DNA of 64,000 bases, from the NCBI GenBank assembly GCA_963778655.1, contig CAVZVA010000011.1, positions 352,001 through 416,000 on the forward strand, written 5' to 3'. This DNA comes from an uncultured delta proteobacterium. GTDB lineage: Bacteria > Myxococcota_A > Polyangia > Polyangiales > JAFGIB01. Every line of letters starts with the position of its first letter. Positions within the stretch are counted from its first letter, which is position 1. The notes below the pieces were generated by a model. That model ran no database searches. It saw nothing but the letters and a program-made list of their open reading frames with translations, and was not told the origin of the DNA. Shown piece after piece: positions 40,097-50,293 of the stretch. Made by a program: the position numbers and the translations under genes.

Positions 40097-41509
40097 GTGA
40101 CAGATCGGGACGTGGGCATGCGAGCACGAACATCGGCGCTGCGCGCGTTCTTGCTGGGAGCGCGCGGCGAGTCGGCCGAGACGCCGCCGCCCGGGCGAGG
40201 CGAGCCCGCTACCGCCAGCGAGCACGCTCTTCCCGTGCGCGGCTCGGGTCTACCCGGAGCGGTGGTGGTCGCGCCCCTGCCCGCCACCGCCGCGGCCCGA
40301 CGCGTGCAGACCGTTGCCGACCCCGACGTGCGCTGCATCCTGGCGCTGGCCGCGGCGCTGCTCGGGTACGGGCTTCCCGCGCACCGCGTCGAGGAGGCAG
40401 TGGCGCGGCTCTCGGGCGCGCTCGGTCGCAGCTGCACGGTGTTCGGCCTGCCCACCGCGTTGACCATCACTTTGCACGGCCCGCGCGGCACCGATAGCCA
40501 CACCGTGCGCGCGGAGCCGGGCACCACCGATCTGTCCCGGCTGGATGCGCTGCACCAGGTGGTGGCGCGCGTGGAGCGCGGCGAGCTCGACGCCGCCGGT
40601 GCCGAGGCTCAGGTCGACGCGATCCTGAAGGCGCCGCGCAAGCTGCCGCGCTGGCTCGACGCGTGGGCGATCGCGCTGGTCGGCTTCGGCGGCACGCTGA
40701 TGCTCGGCGGCAGCATGCTCGACGCCGCGTGGGCGGCCGCGCTGGGCCTGCTGGTTGGCGCGCTGCTGTGGCTCGGCAGCACGCGGCCGGGGCTCGCTCG
40801 CGTCACGCCAGTGGCCGGGGCGGTGCTGATCACGCTGTGCAGCAGCACCCTGACCCACGCCGGCCTGCTGGCGCACCCGCTGGTGGTGTCGTTTGCGGCG
40901 CTGTTCGTGCTGCTGCCGGGGCTGACCCTGACTCTGGCCATGACCGAGCTGGCGACCGGACACCTGGTCAGCGGCACGGCGCGCAGCATGGGGGCGGCGG
41001 TGGTGTTTCTGCAGCTCGGGCTAGGCGTGCTGTTCGGTGTCAGGCTGGGGCGTCTGGCCGAGGCCGAGCTCGCGCCGCTGCCGCCTGCCACGCTGTGGCC
41101 CGCGACCTTCGGCGCGCTGCTGCTCGCACTCGGCTTCGCCGTGCTGTATGCGATCCGTTTCTCCGACCTCGGACACACGCTCGCGGTCAGCGCGCTGGCG
41201 TTCTTCGTCTGCCGTTTGGCCGGCGCCCGACTCGGGATCGAGAGCGGAGTGCTGCTCGCCGCCTGCGCGGTCGGCCTGTACAGCCACGCCTTCGCGCGCC
41301 GCCACGACCGGCCATCGAGCACGCTGACCCTACCCGGCGTCACCATGCTGGTGCCGGGCAGCTTGGGCCTGCTGAGCGTGTCGGCAGCGGCGATGCACGA
41401 CACCTCGCGCGCGTTCGACATCGGCTTTCAAATGCTGATGATCGTGATCGCGCTCAGCACCGGCATCCTGCTCGCAGCCGGCGCCCTACCCCCGCGCACC
41501 GAGCTCTAG
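40097..41509 (+). CDS. Threonine/serine exporter (ThrE) family protein
   Basis: YGLPAHRVEE, DLSRL, LLPGLTLTLAMTELATGHLVSG and MLVPG; about 10 TMs. Alternative start 40118. Confidence 0.88.
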   Translation: MTDRDVGMRARTSALRAFLLGARGESAETPPPGRGEPATASEHALPVRGSGLPGAVVVAPLPATAAARRVQTVADPDVRCILALAAALLGYGLPAHRVEEAVARLSGALGRSCTVFGLPTALTITLHGPRGTDSHTVRAEPGTTDLSRLDALHQVVARVERGELDAAGAEAQVDAILKAPRKLPRWLDAWAIALVGFGGTLMLGGSMLDAAWAAALGLLVGALLWLGSTRPGLARVTPVAGAVLITLCSSTLTHAGLLAHPLVVSFAALFVLLPGLTLTLAMTELATGHLVSGTARSMGAAVVFLQLGLGVLFGVRLGRLAEAELAPLPPATLWPATFGALLLALGFAVLYAIRFSDLGHTLAVSALAFFVCRLAGARLGIESGVLLAACAVGLYSHAFARRHDRPSSTLTLPGVTMLVPGSLGLLSVSAAAMHDTSRAFDIGFQMLMIVIALSTGILLAAGALPPRTEL

Positions 41510-41523
41510 ATTTGCTCGAACCG

Positions 41524-41631
41524 CGCTCGGACGGCAGCGTGCGGTGCTGGGGCAACAACGCAAACGGACAACTGGGCAATGGAGGTGGCTTGAACGACAG
41601 CTCGCTCACGCCTGTGCGGGTCGTGTTGTAG
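41524..41631 (+). pseudogene. Orphan terminal RCC1-repeat fragment
   Basis: RSDGSVRCWGNNANGQLGNGGGLNDSSLTPVRVVL* is one RCC1 blade with its stop codon and no room for the rest of the gene. Confidence 0.75.
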
Positions 41632-41651
41632 CGCTTCGACCCAGGCCCTGC

Positions 41652-42857
41652 TCAACTCTTCAACAACCTCGCTCGCACCAGCAACCTGCGCGCGAAGCGT
41701 CGCAGGCGCACCACCCACAGCACGACGCGCAGCAACGCGCTCACGCGCGAGTCCGCGACCGCCACCTCGATGCGCCCGGCGAGCAGCTCCGCCATGCGTT
41801 GTCCGCCCTCGACGTTGAAGTCCAGCGTGCCCATGGCCAGCACGCCGATCACCACCATCGCCGTCGTTTCCTCGCGAAAGCGGCGCCTGAGCTTGCGCAA
41901 CGAGAAACCGCGCACGCCCAGCTCGCGCAGCTTGCGGTGATAGTGCCGCAGCAGCGCGTCGCCGTGCCGCCGCCGCAGCTCGGGTCGCATACCCACGCAC
42001 AGGATGCGCGTGACGTCGGTCGTGCCGTGGCGCGTTCCCGCCAGCCCTTGCCAATCGATCAGCGCGAAGCGGCCGCCGGCTTCGCTGGGAAAGAACACGT
42101 TCTCGAGGTGCAGGTCGTTGTGTGCCAGGGTCATCGGCGGCTCGCGCAACGCGCCCATCACCTCGTTGCCCGCCATCAGCTCGCCGAGCTGCTGCGCCAC
42201 CCCGGTCATCGCCGGATAGATCGCGCCGAACTGACTCACGAACGACGGCAGCAAAGCCAGGAAGCGCGCGCGCAGCCTGTTGACGACATCCTCGGACAGC
42301 TCGAGCCACGGCACCTCGGCGACGCGGTTCCACCAGCGCCCGTGCATGCCCGCGAGCTGCGTCAGCACCTGCTCCGCCTGCTCCAGCGACAGCCCCGTCT
42401 CGATGTCCACCGAGCGAGAGGGCGCCAGATCCTCGAGCAGCAAGCAGAAGTTGCCGCGCTCGGGGTCGAAGTGCGCGAGGTAGCAACGCGCCGTGCCGAC
42501 GCCGATCTCGGGCGCCAGCTCGCGGTAGAAGCGCACCTCGCGCACGTAGGCGTCCATGCCCGACATCATCTCGCGGGTGGGGCCGTGCTGGGCCGCGAAC
42601 TTCCCGATCAGCGTCGCGGGCGCGTCCGCCTGCTCCGGGTCGTAGCGCAGCTGGATGCGCGCGAGCTGACCCGCAAAGCCGCGCCCCTGACCGATGCGCG
42701 TGCTCTCAAAGCTGGCGACGCGCGCGTCTTGGGGCAGCGCCCCGGCGTGCCGCAAGCACGCGGTCAACCACCGCGCGCTGATCTCCTCGGGCCGACTCGG
42801 CACCACCTGGCCGTCGGGCGGCGGCAGGCTGGTCTCGACGTTGGTCCACTGCTGCAT
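41652..42857 (-). CDS. APH/choline/ecdysteroid kinase-like phosphotransferase
   Basis: REVRFY, LLLEDL, HNDLHLEN and LIDWQ. Confidence 0.85.
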   Translation of the reverse strand: MQQWTNVETSLPPPDGQVVPSRPEEISARWLTACLRHAGALPQDARVASFESTRIGQGRGFAGQLARIQLRYDPEQADAPATLIGKFAAQHGPTREMMSGMDAYVREVRFYRELAPEIGVGTARCYLAHFDPERGNFCLLLEDLAPSRSVDIETGLSLEQAEQVLTQLAGMHGRWWNRVAEVPWLELSEDVVNRLRARFLALLPSFVSQFGAIYPAMTGVAQQLGELMAGNEVMGALREPPMTLAHNDLHLENVFFPSEAGGRFALIDWQGLAGTRHGTTDVTRILCVGMRPELRRRHGDALLRHYHRKLRELGVRGFSLRKLRRRFREETTAMVVIGVLAMGTLDFNVEGGQRMAELLAGRIEVAVADSRVSALLRVVLWVVRLRRFARRLLVRARLLKS

Positions 42858-42871
42858 CGACAAGGCGCTCT

Positions 42872-42914
42872 CTAAATCAGAGCTCGCGATTCGGGCTCGA
42901 ATCACGAGCTCTAG
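42872..42914. repeat. Solo terminal palindrome of the 98-bp repeat family
   Basis: CTAAATCAGAGCTCGCGATTCGGGCTCGAATCACGAGCTCTAG closely matches 32395-32435. Confidence 0.85.
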
Positions 42915-43081
42915 AGAACCGAACATATTGAAACGTGTGCGAAGTCGGGGTCATGGCGGGATGCAGGGTGCGGGCGGGAGCCCGAAGGTGTAGTCCATCC
43001 TACGTCGAGCGGGGAGCGCGCGTGCCATGCGCCCGCGAGGGCTCCGAAATCGTGCGTGTTTCAATATGTTCGGTGCTCTAG
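42911..43081. mobile_element. MITE-like element B (171 bp, CTAG at both ends)
   Basis: TIR CTAGAG(A/C)ACCGAACATATTGAAAC matches at 23/24 positions. Pairing continues inward when G-T pairs are allowed. Confidence 0.88.
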
Positions 43082-43090
43082 CGGAGCATA

Positions 43091-44899
43091 TCACGCGCTC
43101 GCGGCTGTCATCGCCGCTTGGGACTTGGTGAACAGCGCAGCGTAGCGGCCGCCGCGCGCGAGCAGCTCGTCATGGGTGCCGACCTCGGCCAGCCGGCCGC
43201 CTGCGACCACCGCGACGCGATCGGCCTGCGCCGCGGTCGAGAGCCGGTGCGCGATCACGATCACGGTCCGGCCCCGCATCAGCTTGCGCATCGCGCGCTC
43301 GACCAGCAGCTCGGTACCCGGATCGAGGCTCGAGGTCGCCTCGTCCAGCACCAGCACGGCCGGATCGCGCAGCGCTGCGCGCGATAGCGACACCAGCTGT
43401 TTCTCGCCGGCCGATAGCCGCGAGCCGCGCTCGTTGACCTGGGTGTCCAGGCCCTCGGGCAGCGCACGAAAGCGCTCGAGCACGCCGATCTCCTCGAGCG
43501 CAGCCTCCACCTCGGCATCGCTCGCGCCCGCGCGCGCGATGCGCACGTTGTCGCGGATGCTCGCGTTGAACAGGAAGCCCTCCTGCGGGACCACGACGAT
43601 GCCGTCCCGCAGCGAGCGCATGCTGGCGTCGCGCAGATCCAGCCCGCCGAGGCGAATCGAGCCCGACGACGGGTCGTACAGCCGCGCGATCAGCTTGGCC
43701 AGCGTCGACTTGCCGGCCCCGGTGGGCCCCACCAGCGCGATGCGCTCGCCCGGCGCGATCGAGAGCTCGACATCGGACAGCACCAGCTCGCCCTGCTCGC
43801 GGTAGCGGAAGCTGACCTGCGACAGCTCGATCGGCCCGCTGCGCGGCAGCTCGGCGCCGCCCTCACGCTCGGGTACGTCGAGCGGCGTGTCGAGCAGGCC
43901 GAACAGCTTGCGCAGCCCGGCGCCCGCGGACTGCATCTGATTGAAGAGCTGGCTGAACTGCTGGATCGGCTCGAACAAGTTGGTCAGCGTCAGGATGAAG
44001 AAGGTCACCGTCCCGACGGTCGCGGCATGCCGGTGCACCAGGTAGCCGCCCAGCGCCACCACCAGCGCGGTGGTGCCGGTGCCCGAGACCTCGATCACCG
44101 GCAGATACCAGGCCTGCAGTCGGACCGAGACCATGTGGGCCCGATACTGCTCCTGATTGGAGCGCTCGAAGCGCTCGATCTCGACCGGCTCGCGTGCGAA
44201 GGCCTGGATCACGCGCACCCCGGCGATGCCCTCCTGCAGGCGAGAGAGCGTGGCAGCGATGCGGTCGCGCACGGCCAGGTAAGTCGAGGTCGAGCGGCGC
44301 GCGAAGCGCACGCTGGCCGCGACCACCAGCGGCACAGCGACCAGGCACGCGAGCATCAGCTGCGGTGAAACCCAGGTCAGCACCAGCGCCGAGAACACCA
44401 GCAGCAAGCTGCTTCCGATCAGCGTCAGCAGCCCGGTCTGCACCAGCTCCTGCAGCGAATCCACGTCCGAGGTCATGCGCGAGACCAGCACGCCGGTCTT
44501 GTTGCGGTCGTAGAACGGCATCGACAGCCGCTGCAGGTGGGCGAACACGCGCACGCGCAGATCGCGCAGAAAGCTCTCGCCGACCCGGGCGAGCACACGG
44601 ATCTGCGCCCGGTACACGAAGTACGACAGCACGCTGATCGCGACGTAGAACGCGATCGCGAGGTCGAGCATCGGCACGTTGCGGCGGGTAATGCCGCGGT
44701 CGATCGCCAGCTTGATCGCAAACGGGCCGGCCAGGTTGGTGGCGGTCCAGGTCGCGATCAGCACCAGCGCCAGGACCAGCTCGCGCCGCTGCGGGCCGAG
44801 CAGCTGAAGCATGCGCCGCAACAGCACGGAGAGGGCGACCTGGGGCGCGCGCTCGGCAGCCGCCGCTGCATCGCCGAGCGGCTCGTGATTCTGGGTCAT
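43091..44899 (-). CDS. Fused ABC exporter (TMD+NBD), heterodimer subunit 2
   Basis: GPTGAGKST, degenerate signature LSAGEKQ, and LDEATS. Confidence 0.93.
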   Translation of the reverse strand: MTQNHEPLGDAAAAAERAPQVALSVLLRRMLQLLGPQRRELVLALVLIATWTATNLAGPFAIKLAIDRGITRRNVPMLDLAIAFYVAISVLSYFVYRAQIRVLARVGESFLRDLRVRVFAHLQRLSMPFYDRNKTGVLVSRMTSDVDSLQELVQTGLLTLIGSSLLLVFSALVLTWVSPQLMLACLVAVPLVVAASVRFARRSTSTYLAVRDRIAATLSRLQEGIAGVRVIQAFAREPVEIERFERSNQEQYRAHMVSVRLQAWYLPVIEVSGTGTTALVVALGGYLVHRHAATVGTVTFFILTLTNLFEPIQQFSQLFNQMQSAGAGLRKLFGLLDTPLDVPEREGGAELPRSGPIELSQVSFRYREQGELVLSDVELSIAPGERIALVGPTGAGKSTLAKLIARLYDPSSGSIRLGGLDLRDASMRSLRDGIVVVPQEGFLFNASIRDNVRIARAGASDAEVEAALEEIGVLERFRALPEGLDTQVNERGSRLSAGEKQLVSLSRAALRDPAVLVLDEATSSLDPGTELLVERAMRKLMRGRTVIVIAHRLSTAAQADRVAVVAGGRLAEVGTHDELLARGGRYAALFTKSQAAMTAASA

Positions 44900-46683
44900 T
44901 GCGCGGCCTCCGCCATCGGTGCGGCCGCCAGCACGCGGCGATAGGCGGAGCTGCAGGCGAGCAGCTGCTCGTGCGTGCCTTCGGCGGCGATGCGGCCGCC
45001 AGCCAGCAACACGACGCGGTCCGCGAGCGCAATCGTGACCGGGCGGTGCGCGATCACGATCGTGGTGCGGCCTTGCATCACCTCGGCCATCGCCGCGCGA
45101 ATCTCATGCTCCTTCTCGGGATCGACCGCGGAAGTGGCGTCGTCCAGGATCAGCACGCGCGGATCGGCCAGGATCGCGCGCGCGATCGCGATGCGCTGGC
45201 GCTGCCCGCCGGAGAGCGAGAAGCCGCGCTCTCCGATCAGGGTGGCGTAGCCCAGGGGCAGCTCGAGAATGAAATCGTGCGCCCCGGCCAGCCGCGCCGC
45301 GCGCTCGATCTGCGCCTGCTCGGCCTCGGGCCGGGCGAACGCGATGTTGGCCGCCACGCTGTCGCTGAACAGAAAGGTGTCCTCGAACACGATGCCCACC
45401 TGACTGCGCAGCTCGTGCAGGCGCAGCGCGCGCACGTCGATGCCGTCGATCGTCACGCGCCCTGCATCCACGTCGTAGAAGCGCGGGATGAGCTTGACCA
45501 GCGTGCTCTTGCCGCAGCCGGTCTCGCCGACCAGCGCCACCGATTGACCCGCCGGCACCACCAGATCGAAACCCTCGAGCACACGCGGCGAGCCCGCCCC
45601 GCCGTAGCCGAAGCTGACCTGCTCGAAGCGCACCTCTCCGCGCTGCTGGTCGCGCGCGGGCAGCGCGCGCGCCTCGGGCGCGTCGACGATCGCGGGCGCG
45701 GTCGTCAACACCTGCGCGGTGCGATCGGCCGAGGCGGTCGCGCGCTCCGCCTGCGCGATGATCTGCCCCAACATACGCAGCGGGTTGACCAGCAGGATCA
45801 CGTAGAAGTTGAACATGATCAGGGTGCCGATGCTGAGCTCGCCCCCGAGCACCAGGTGTCCCCCGTACGCCAGCACGCAGATCTGTCCCAGGCTCGGCGT
45901 CAGCTCGATCGCGGGCAGAAAGCGGGAACGCACCAGCGCCGCCCGCATCGCCATCTCGTAGACGCCGTCGGCAGCGCTGGCCAGGCGGCCCTGCTGAACT
46001 TGCTCGGCGCCGAAGCCCTTGATCACGCGCACGCCGGCGACCGACTCCTCGACCACGCTGGCGAGCTGCGCCGTCTTCTCCTGCAGGCCGCGCACGGTGG
46101 GGAACAGCGCCAGCGAGAAGCGCCGACCCAGCACATTGACGAACGGCAGCGAGCCGAGCGCCAACACGGTCAGCAGCGGATGGATCGTCAGCATGATGGT
46201 CGTGACCGCAGTTACGATCACGAAGTTGCTGAGCGTGAGCGGAATCAGCGTGACGAAATTCTGAATCTGCTGCAGGTCCGCGTTGCAGCGGCTCATCAGC
46301 TCGCCGGTCTGCACCCGATCGTGAAAGCCGAAGTGCAAGCGCTCGATGTGCGCAAACAACCGCGCGCGCAGGTCGGCCTCGGCGCGGCGGCCCTCGTGGA
46401 ACGCCATGTAGCGGCGCAGGCCGGTGAAGATGGCCGCCACCACGCCCGCGGCGGCGATCCAGCCGGCCCAGTGCAGCGCGGCCGCGGTCGAATCGCCGCG
46501 CAGGCCGCGATCGATCGCCTGGCGCACCAATGCCGGCACCGCGATCTTGCCGGCGGTCCACATCAGACCCGAGCCCACCCCCAGAGACAGCCCGAGGCGC
46601 TGCTTCCATAGCAGTTGGCCGATGAGACGCCGGCCCGGCCGCCCCTGGGCTTCCGGGGCAGCGCTGGCGAGCGCGTTTTCCAT
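44896..46683 (-). CDS. Fused ABC exporter (TMD+NBD), heterodimer subunit 1
   Basis: GETGCGKST, LSGGQ and degenerate Walker B LDDATS. ATGA overlap with its partner. Confidence 0.93.
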   Translation of the reverse strand: MENALASAAPEAQGRPGRRLIGQLLWKQRLGLSLGVGSGLMWTAGKIAVPALVRQAIDRGLRGDSTAAALHWAGWIAAAGVVAAIFTGLRRYMAFHEGRRAEADLRARLFAHIERLHFGFHDRVQTGELMSRCNADLQQIQNFVTLIPLTLSNFVIVTAVTTIMLTIHPLLTVLALGSLPFVNVLGRRFSLALFPTVRGLQEKTAQLASVVEESVAGVRVIKGFGAEQVQQGRLASAADGVYEMAMRAALVRSRFLPAIELTPSLGQICVLAYGGHLVLGGELSIGTLIMFNFYVILLVNPLRMLGQIIAQAERATASADRTAQVLTTAPAIVDAPEARALPARDQQRGEVRFEQVSFGYGGAGSPRVLEGFDLVVPAGQSVALVGETGCGKSTLVKLIPRFYDVDAGRVTIDGIDVRALRLHELRSQVGIVFEDTFLFSDSVAANIAFARPEAEQAQIERAARLAGAHDFILELPLGYATLIGERGFSLSGGQRQRIAIARAILADPRVLILDDATSAVDPEKEHEIRAAMAEVMQGRTTIVIAHRPVTIALADRVVLLAGGRIAAEGTHEQLLACSSAYRRVLAAAPMAEAAQ

Positions 46684-46805
46684 CCGCCGCACACCTATAA
46701 CGGCGCCATGGCGCGCGCCACGGATATTTTGAGCCAGATGACTCACGGCTCACCCGCTTGCTTTCCAGAGTTATCGGGTTTGCCGTGTTGCGAGCGCGGG
46801 CCGGC

Positions 46806-49403
46806 TCAGGGGCTAGGCGCGTCTCCGCCGGCCGGCCCGGGGCTCGGCTGCCCGCCGGCCCGGATCATCGTGTGGATTTGCTTGCCGAGCGCGTCGAACT
46901 GCGCGCCCTTGCGCTTGCGCGCGCGCTCCATCTCCTCGATCCCCTGCATGTCTTCGGCCTCGGAGCCGCCCGCGTGGTGCTTCTCGGTGAGCGTTTCGGG
47001 CGCGCCCGCGTCGGCGGTTGCGACCTGCCCGACGTCGCCGCTGGCCTCGCCGCTGGCCAGTCGGTGCAGCCGCGAGAACAGGCCGCCGCCGGCCTGGGCC
47101 GAGACGCCACCTGCTGCCGCCGCACTCACGCCGCGCCCGCCGCCACGCGCGAGCACCGTCGCCGCAAGCGCGCGATACGAGCCGAAGAAGCCGCCGCTGT
47201 AGAGCAGCGTCAACACGATCCCGAAGATCGGGCTCGATGCCGCCTCGCGCACGCCGCGCAGCATGCCGTAGAGCCCAAACGCCAGATAGAACCCACCGCT
47301 CGCCCACGGCAAGATGGTGCGCGCGGCGGCCTCGGCCGGGCCGAGCGCGCCAGCCGGCAAGAAATAGGTCGCGCACAGCGCGCACACCGTGACCGTCACC
47401 ACACGCAGCGAGATGGTGACCGGACGCAGCATCATCTCGCGTCCCTGGATCTGCATCGCCCAGGTGCGGACCAGCGTCACCACCGAGAGCAGCGCCAGGC
47501 CACCGGCCGCGAGCTGGGTGCGCTGGCCGAGCAACGCGCGCGCCTTGCCGCCGCTCGGGTCCCACAGCAACGGGATCGCGAACAGCAACACGAAGGCGAA
47601 CAGGAAGAACAGCAGCTCGCCCAGGATCCGCCTGCGGCCCCGCTGGCTGCGCTGCGCGCGCTCGCGCGCTTCGCGGATCTGCTCCGGGCTGGGCCCGCGC
47701 ACCACCGCACTGGCCTCGCGCAGCTGCTTGACGCTGCCGGGAATCGCCGCGCTCTTGCTGCGCCGCTCGGCGCTGCGCGCCGGCTCGGCCTTGCTCGGCG
47801 CGCCGGGGTCGCGACTGCGTGCCGCCGTTTCCGGTTTGCTCGCGGCCCGCTCGCGGAAAGCGCGCGCGCGCGCGTTGTCTTCGTGCTCCGACTGCACGAT
47901 GCGGTCGGCGCCCTCGATCGGTTCGAACGCAGCGGCCAGATCGCCAAGCGTCTTGACCTCCATCGCGGGCGCAGGCGCGGGCGGAACGGACCGGAGCGCG
48001 GCTGCGGGCGCGGACCGCGGCTGCGGCGTGCGCAGCGCGCGCGCCAGGCGCTCGAGCTTGGGCGCCTGGCTCGGCGTGATCGGCTCGAGCGTGATTTCGG
48101 GCTCGTCGCTAGGCTCGAAGGAGGCGAAGGCGGCTTCGCCGGCGCCCGGCAGCGGAATCACCGAGGGAATCAGCGGCGCCTCGGCCTGCGCCACGGTCGC
48201 GCCCAGCGCCAGCTCCAGCCGCGCCGCGTCCGCATCCTGTTGCAGCGGCTCGGGCGCGGCAGGCTCGGCGGGCGCATCGAACGCCGCGAACGTGGCCTCG
48301 AAGCTGGCATCGAGGGCTTCCTCGGCAGCGGAGGGCTCGGGCACAGTGGCCTGGAGCGCGGCCGACTCGAGCGCGGGCAGCGCGACGTCGCGGCCCGCAG
48401 CGGTTCGCCGGCCAACCGGTCGCGCCGGGCTCGCAGCACGCGGCTGGGACGGCTTGGCCGCGGCGCGCACCGGGGACGGTTTGGCCGCAAGGCGCGCGTC
48501 CGGGCGCCTGGCCGGCGGCACCTGCGGGCTCTTGGCCGGGGGCCGGGCGGGCTTGGTGGGCTCGGCCGGCACGAAGGCCTCGGCCTTGGCACGCGCGCCG
48601 CCGCCGCGCAGATTCGCACGCGCGCGACTCAGCGCCTCACGCACTTCGCCTGCCTGGCCGAAGCGCCGGGCGGGCTCGGGCGCCAGGCAGCGCTCGACCA
48701 GCTGCGTGAGCTCGCTCGGCAGGTGCGGCGCGACCTCGTCGAGCGCCACGTGCAAGCCCTTGGCCGCCGCGGGCGCCTCGCCGCACAGCGTCTCGTACAG
48801 CAGCGCGCCCAGCGCCCACACGTCCGAGCGCGCGTCCGCGCTGGCTCGCCCGTCGCGCAGCTCCGGCGCGAGCCGCGCCTGCTCGGGCCCGCCCTGCGGC
48901 GCGTGGGCGAGGCCGGTCACCTTCGGCACGGAGCTGCCGCCCTGCTGCTCCAGAACGACGTGCTCGCTGTCGAGCCGACCGTGCGCGATCCCGAGCGCGT
49001 GCGCCGCCGCCATCGCCTCGACCACGGGCGCGATCATGGTGATCGCGCCGCCCACCGGCATGCCGCCGGAGAAGCGCGAGATCGAGCGTGAGAGCGGCTC
49101 GCCTTCCACCCGCTCCTCGACCACGAAGGGAATACCCGTGTCGTCGGACTCGACCGCGAGCACGCGGGCCAGGTTGGGATGGCGCAGCCCGGCCAAGCGC
49201 TTGGGCCCGCTGACGAAGCCCTGCACCACCGCAGAGCGCAATGCGAGCTCAGGGCGCAACAGCTTGATCGCGACCGCGAGCGAATCGCGCCGATCGGTGG
49301 CGCGATAGGTGTCGTAGACCTCCCCGGCCTCCAGCACCTCGTGCAGCTCGTAGCGCCCCGCGAGCAGCTCGCCTGTTCGATTCTCGCGGGCTGCTGCCCC
49401 CAT
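46806..49403 (-). CDS. Ser/Thr pseudokinase with Pro/Ala linker and multi-TM C-terminus
   Basis: Kinase fold with VAIK, HPN, APE and SDVWALG, but HGRLDSEH replaces HRDxKPxN, TGL replaces DFG and there is no Gly loop. Confidence 0.82.
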   Translation of the reverse strand: MGAAARENRTGELLAGRYELHEVLEAGEVYDTYRATDRRDSLAVAIKLLRPELALRSAVVQGFVSGPKRLAGLRHPNLARVLAVESDDTGIPFVVEERVEGEPLSRSISRFSGGMPVGGAITMIAPVVEAMAAAHALGIAHGRLDSEHVVLEQQGGSSVPKVTGLAHAPQGGPEQARLAPELRDGRASADARSDVWALGALLYETLCGEAPAAAKGLHVALDEVAPHLPSELTQLVERCLAPEPARRFGQAGEVREALSRARANLRGGGARAKAEAFVPAEPTKPARPPAKSPQVPPARRPDARLAAKPSPVRAAAKPSQPRAASPARPVGRRTAAGRDVALPALESAALQATVPEPSAAEEALDASFEATFAAFDAPAEPAAPEPLQQDADAARLELALGATVAQAEAPLIPSVIPLPGAGEAAFASFEPSDEPEITLEPITPSQAPKLERLARALRTPQPRSAPAAALRSVPPAPAPAMEVKTLGDLAAAFEPIEGADRIVQSEHEDNARARAFRERAASKPETAARSRDPGAPSKAEPARSAERRSKSAAIPGSVKQLREASAVVRGPSPEQIREARERAQRSQRGRRRILGELLFFLFAFVLLFAIPLLWDPSGGKARALLGQRTQLAAGGLALLSVVTLVRTWAMQIQGREMMLRPVTISLRVVTVTVCALCATYFLPAGALGPAEAAARTILPWASGGFYLAFGLYGMLRGVREAASSPIFGIVLTLLYSGGFFGSYRALAATVLARGGGRGVSAAAAGGVSAQAGGGLFSRLHRLASGEASGDVGQVATADAGAPETLTEKHHAGGSEAEDMQGIEEMERARKRKGAQFDALGKQIHTMIRAGGQPSPGPAGGDAPSP

Positions 49404-49498
49404 GGAGCAAGAATTATCGCCGACTTCGGGCTGCGCACCAAGCCGTCGTCGCGCCCTTCGCCCGCGCAGCACGCGCGCGCGATTGCATTCCTCCCACC

Positions 49499-50293
49499 GT
49501 GTGCGATGACTCGGTTGCCGCGGGCTGCACGGCGTCTATGTGGTCCCGAGCCCACCCGCGCGCAGCTGCCCGAGGGCCCGTGTCCAGCCGACCTCATGTT
49601 CTCGATGGCCGCGGCCTGACCAAGGTGTACCGGATGGGCGAGGTGGATGTGCACGCGCTGCGCGGCGTGGACGTATGCCTCTACGAAGGCGAGTTCATCG
49701 TGCTGCTCGGGCCCTCCGGCAGCGGCAAGTCCACGCTGCTGAACATCCTGGGCGGGCTTGACGTGCCGACCGAGGGACGCGTGATCTACCGGGATCAGGA
49801 TCTCACGCACGCCGACGAGGAGACCCTCACCCGGTTCCGGCGCGACCACGTTGGCTTCGTGTTCCAGTTCTACAACCTGATCCCCAGCCTGACCGCGCGC
49901 GAAAACGTCGCGCTGGTGACCGAGATCGCGCCGCGGCCCATCACACCCGAGGAAGCGCTCGCGCTGGTGGGCCTGGGCGATCGGCTCGACCACTTCCCGG
50001 CCCAGCTCTCCGGCGGCGAGCAGCAGCGGGTGGCGATCGCGCGCGCGGTGGCCAAGCAGCCCGACCTGCTGCTGTGCGACGAGCCGACCGGCGCGCTCGA
50101 CGCCGAGACCGGACGGCGCGTGCTGCAGGTGCTCGAACAGGTCAACCGCCAGCTCGGGACCACCACCGCGATTATCACCCACAACGCGCCGATCGCGGCG
50201 ATGGCCGATCGCGTGCTCACGTTGCACGACGGCCGCATCAAGAGCGAGCAGCGCAACACGAACAAGGCCAGCGCCGAGGCGATCTCGTGGTAA
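49499..50293 (+). CDS. ABC ATPase (MacB/LolD type)
   Basis: [25 protein letters not shown] and DEPTGALD. The true start may be further downstream. Confidence 0.92.
   Translation: MCDDSVAAGCTASMWSRAHPRAAARGPVSSRPHVLDGRGLTKVYRMGEVDVHALRGVDVCLYEGEFIVLLGPSGSGKSTLLNILGGLDVPTEGRVIYRDQDLTHADEETLTRFRRDHVGFVFQFYNLIPSLTARENVALVTEIAPRPITPEEALALVGLGDRLDHFPAQLSGGEQQRVAIARAVAKQPDLLLCDEPTGALDAETGRRVLQVLEQVNRQLGTTTAIITHNAPIAAMADRVLTLHDGRIKSEQRNTNKASAEAISW

Noticed and set aside
43091..46683. Degenerate ABC motifs as a sign of pseudogenes
   Set aside because: One degenerate nucleotide site is normal for heterodimeric ABC exporters.
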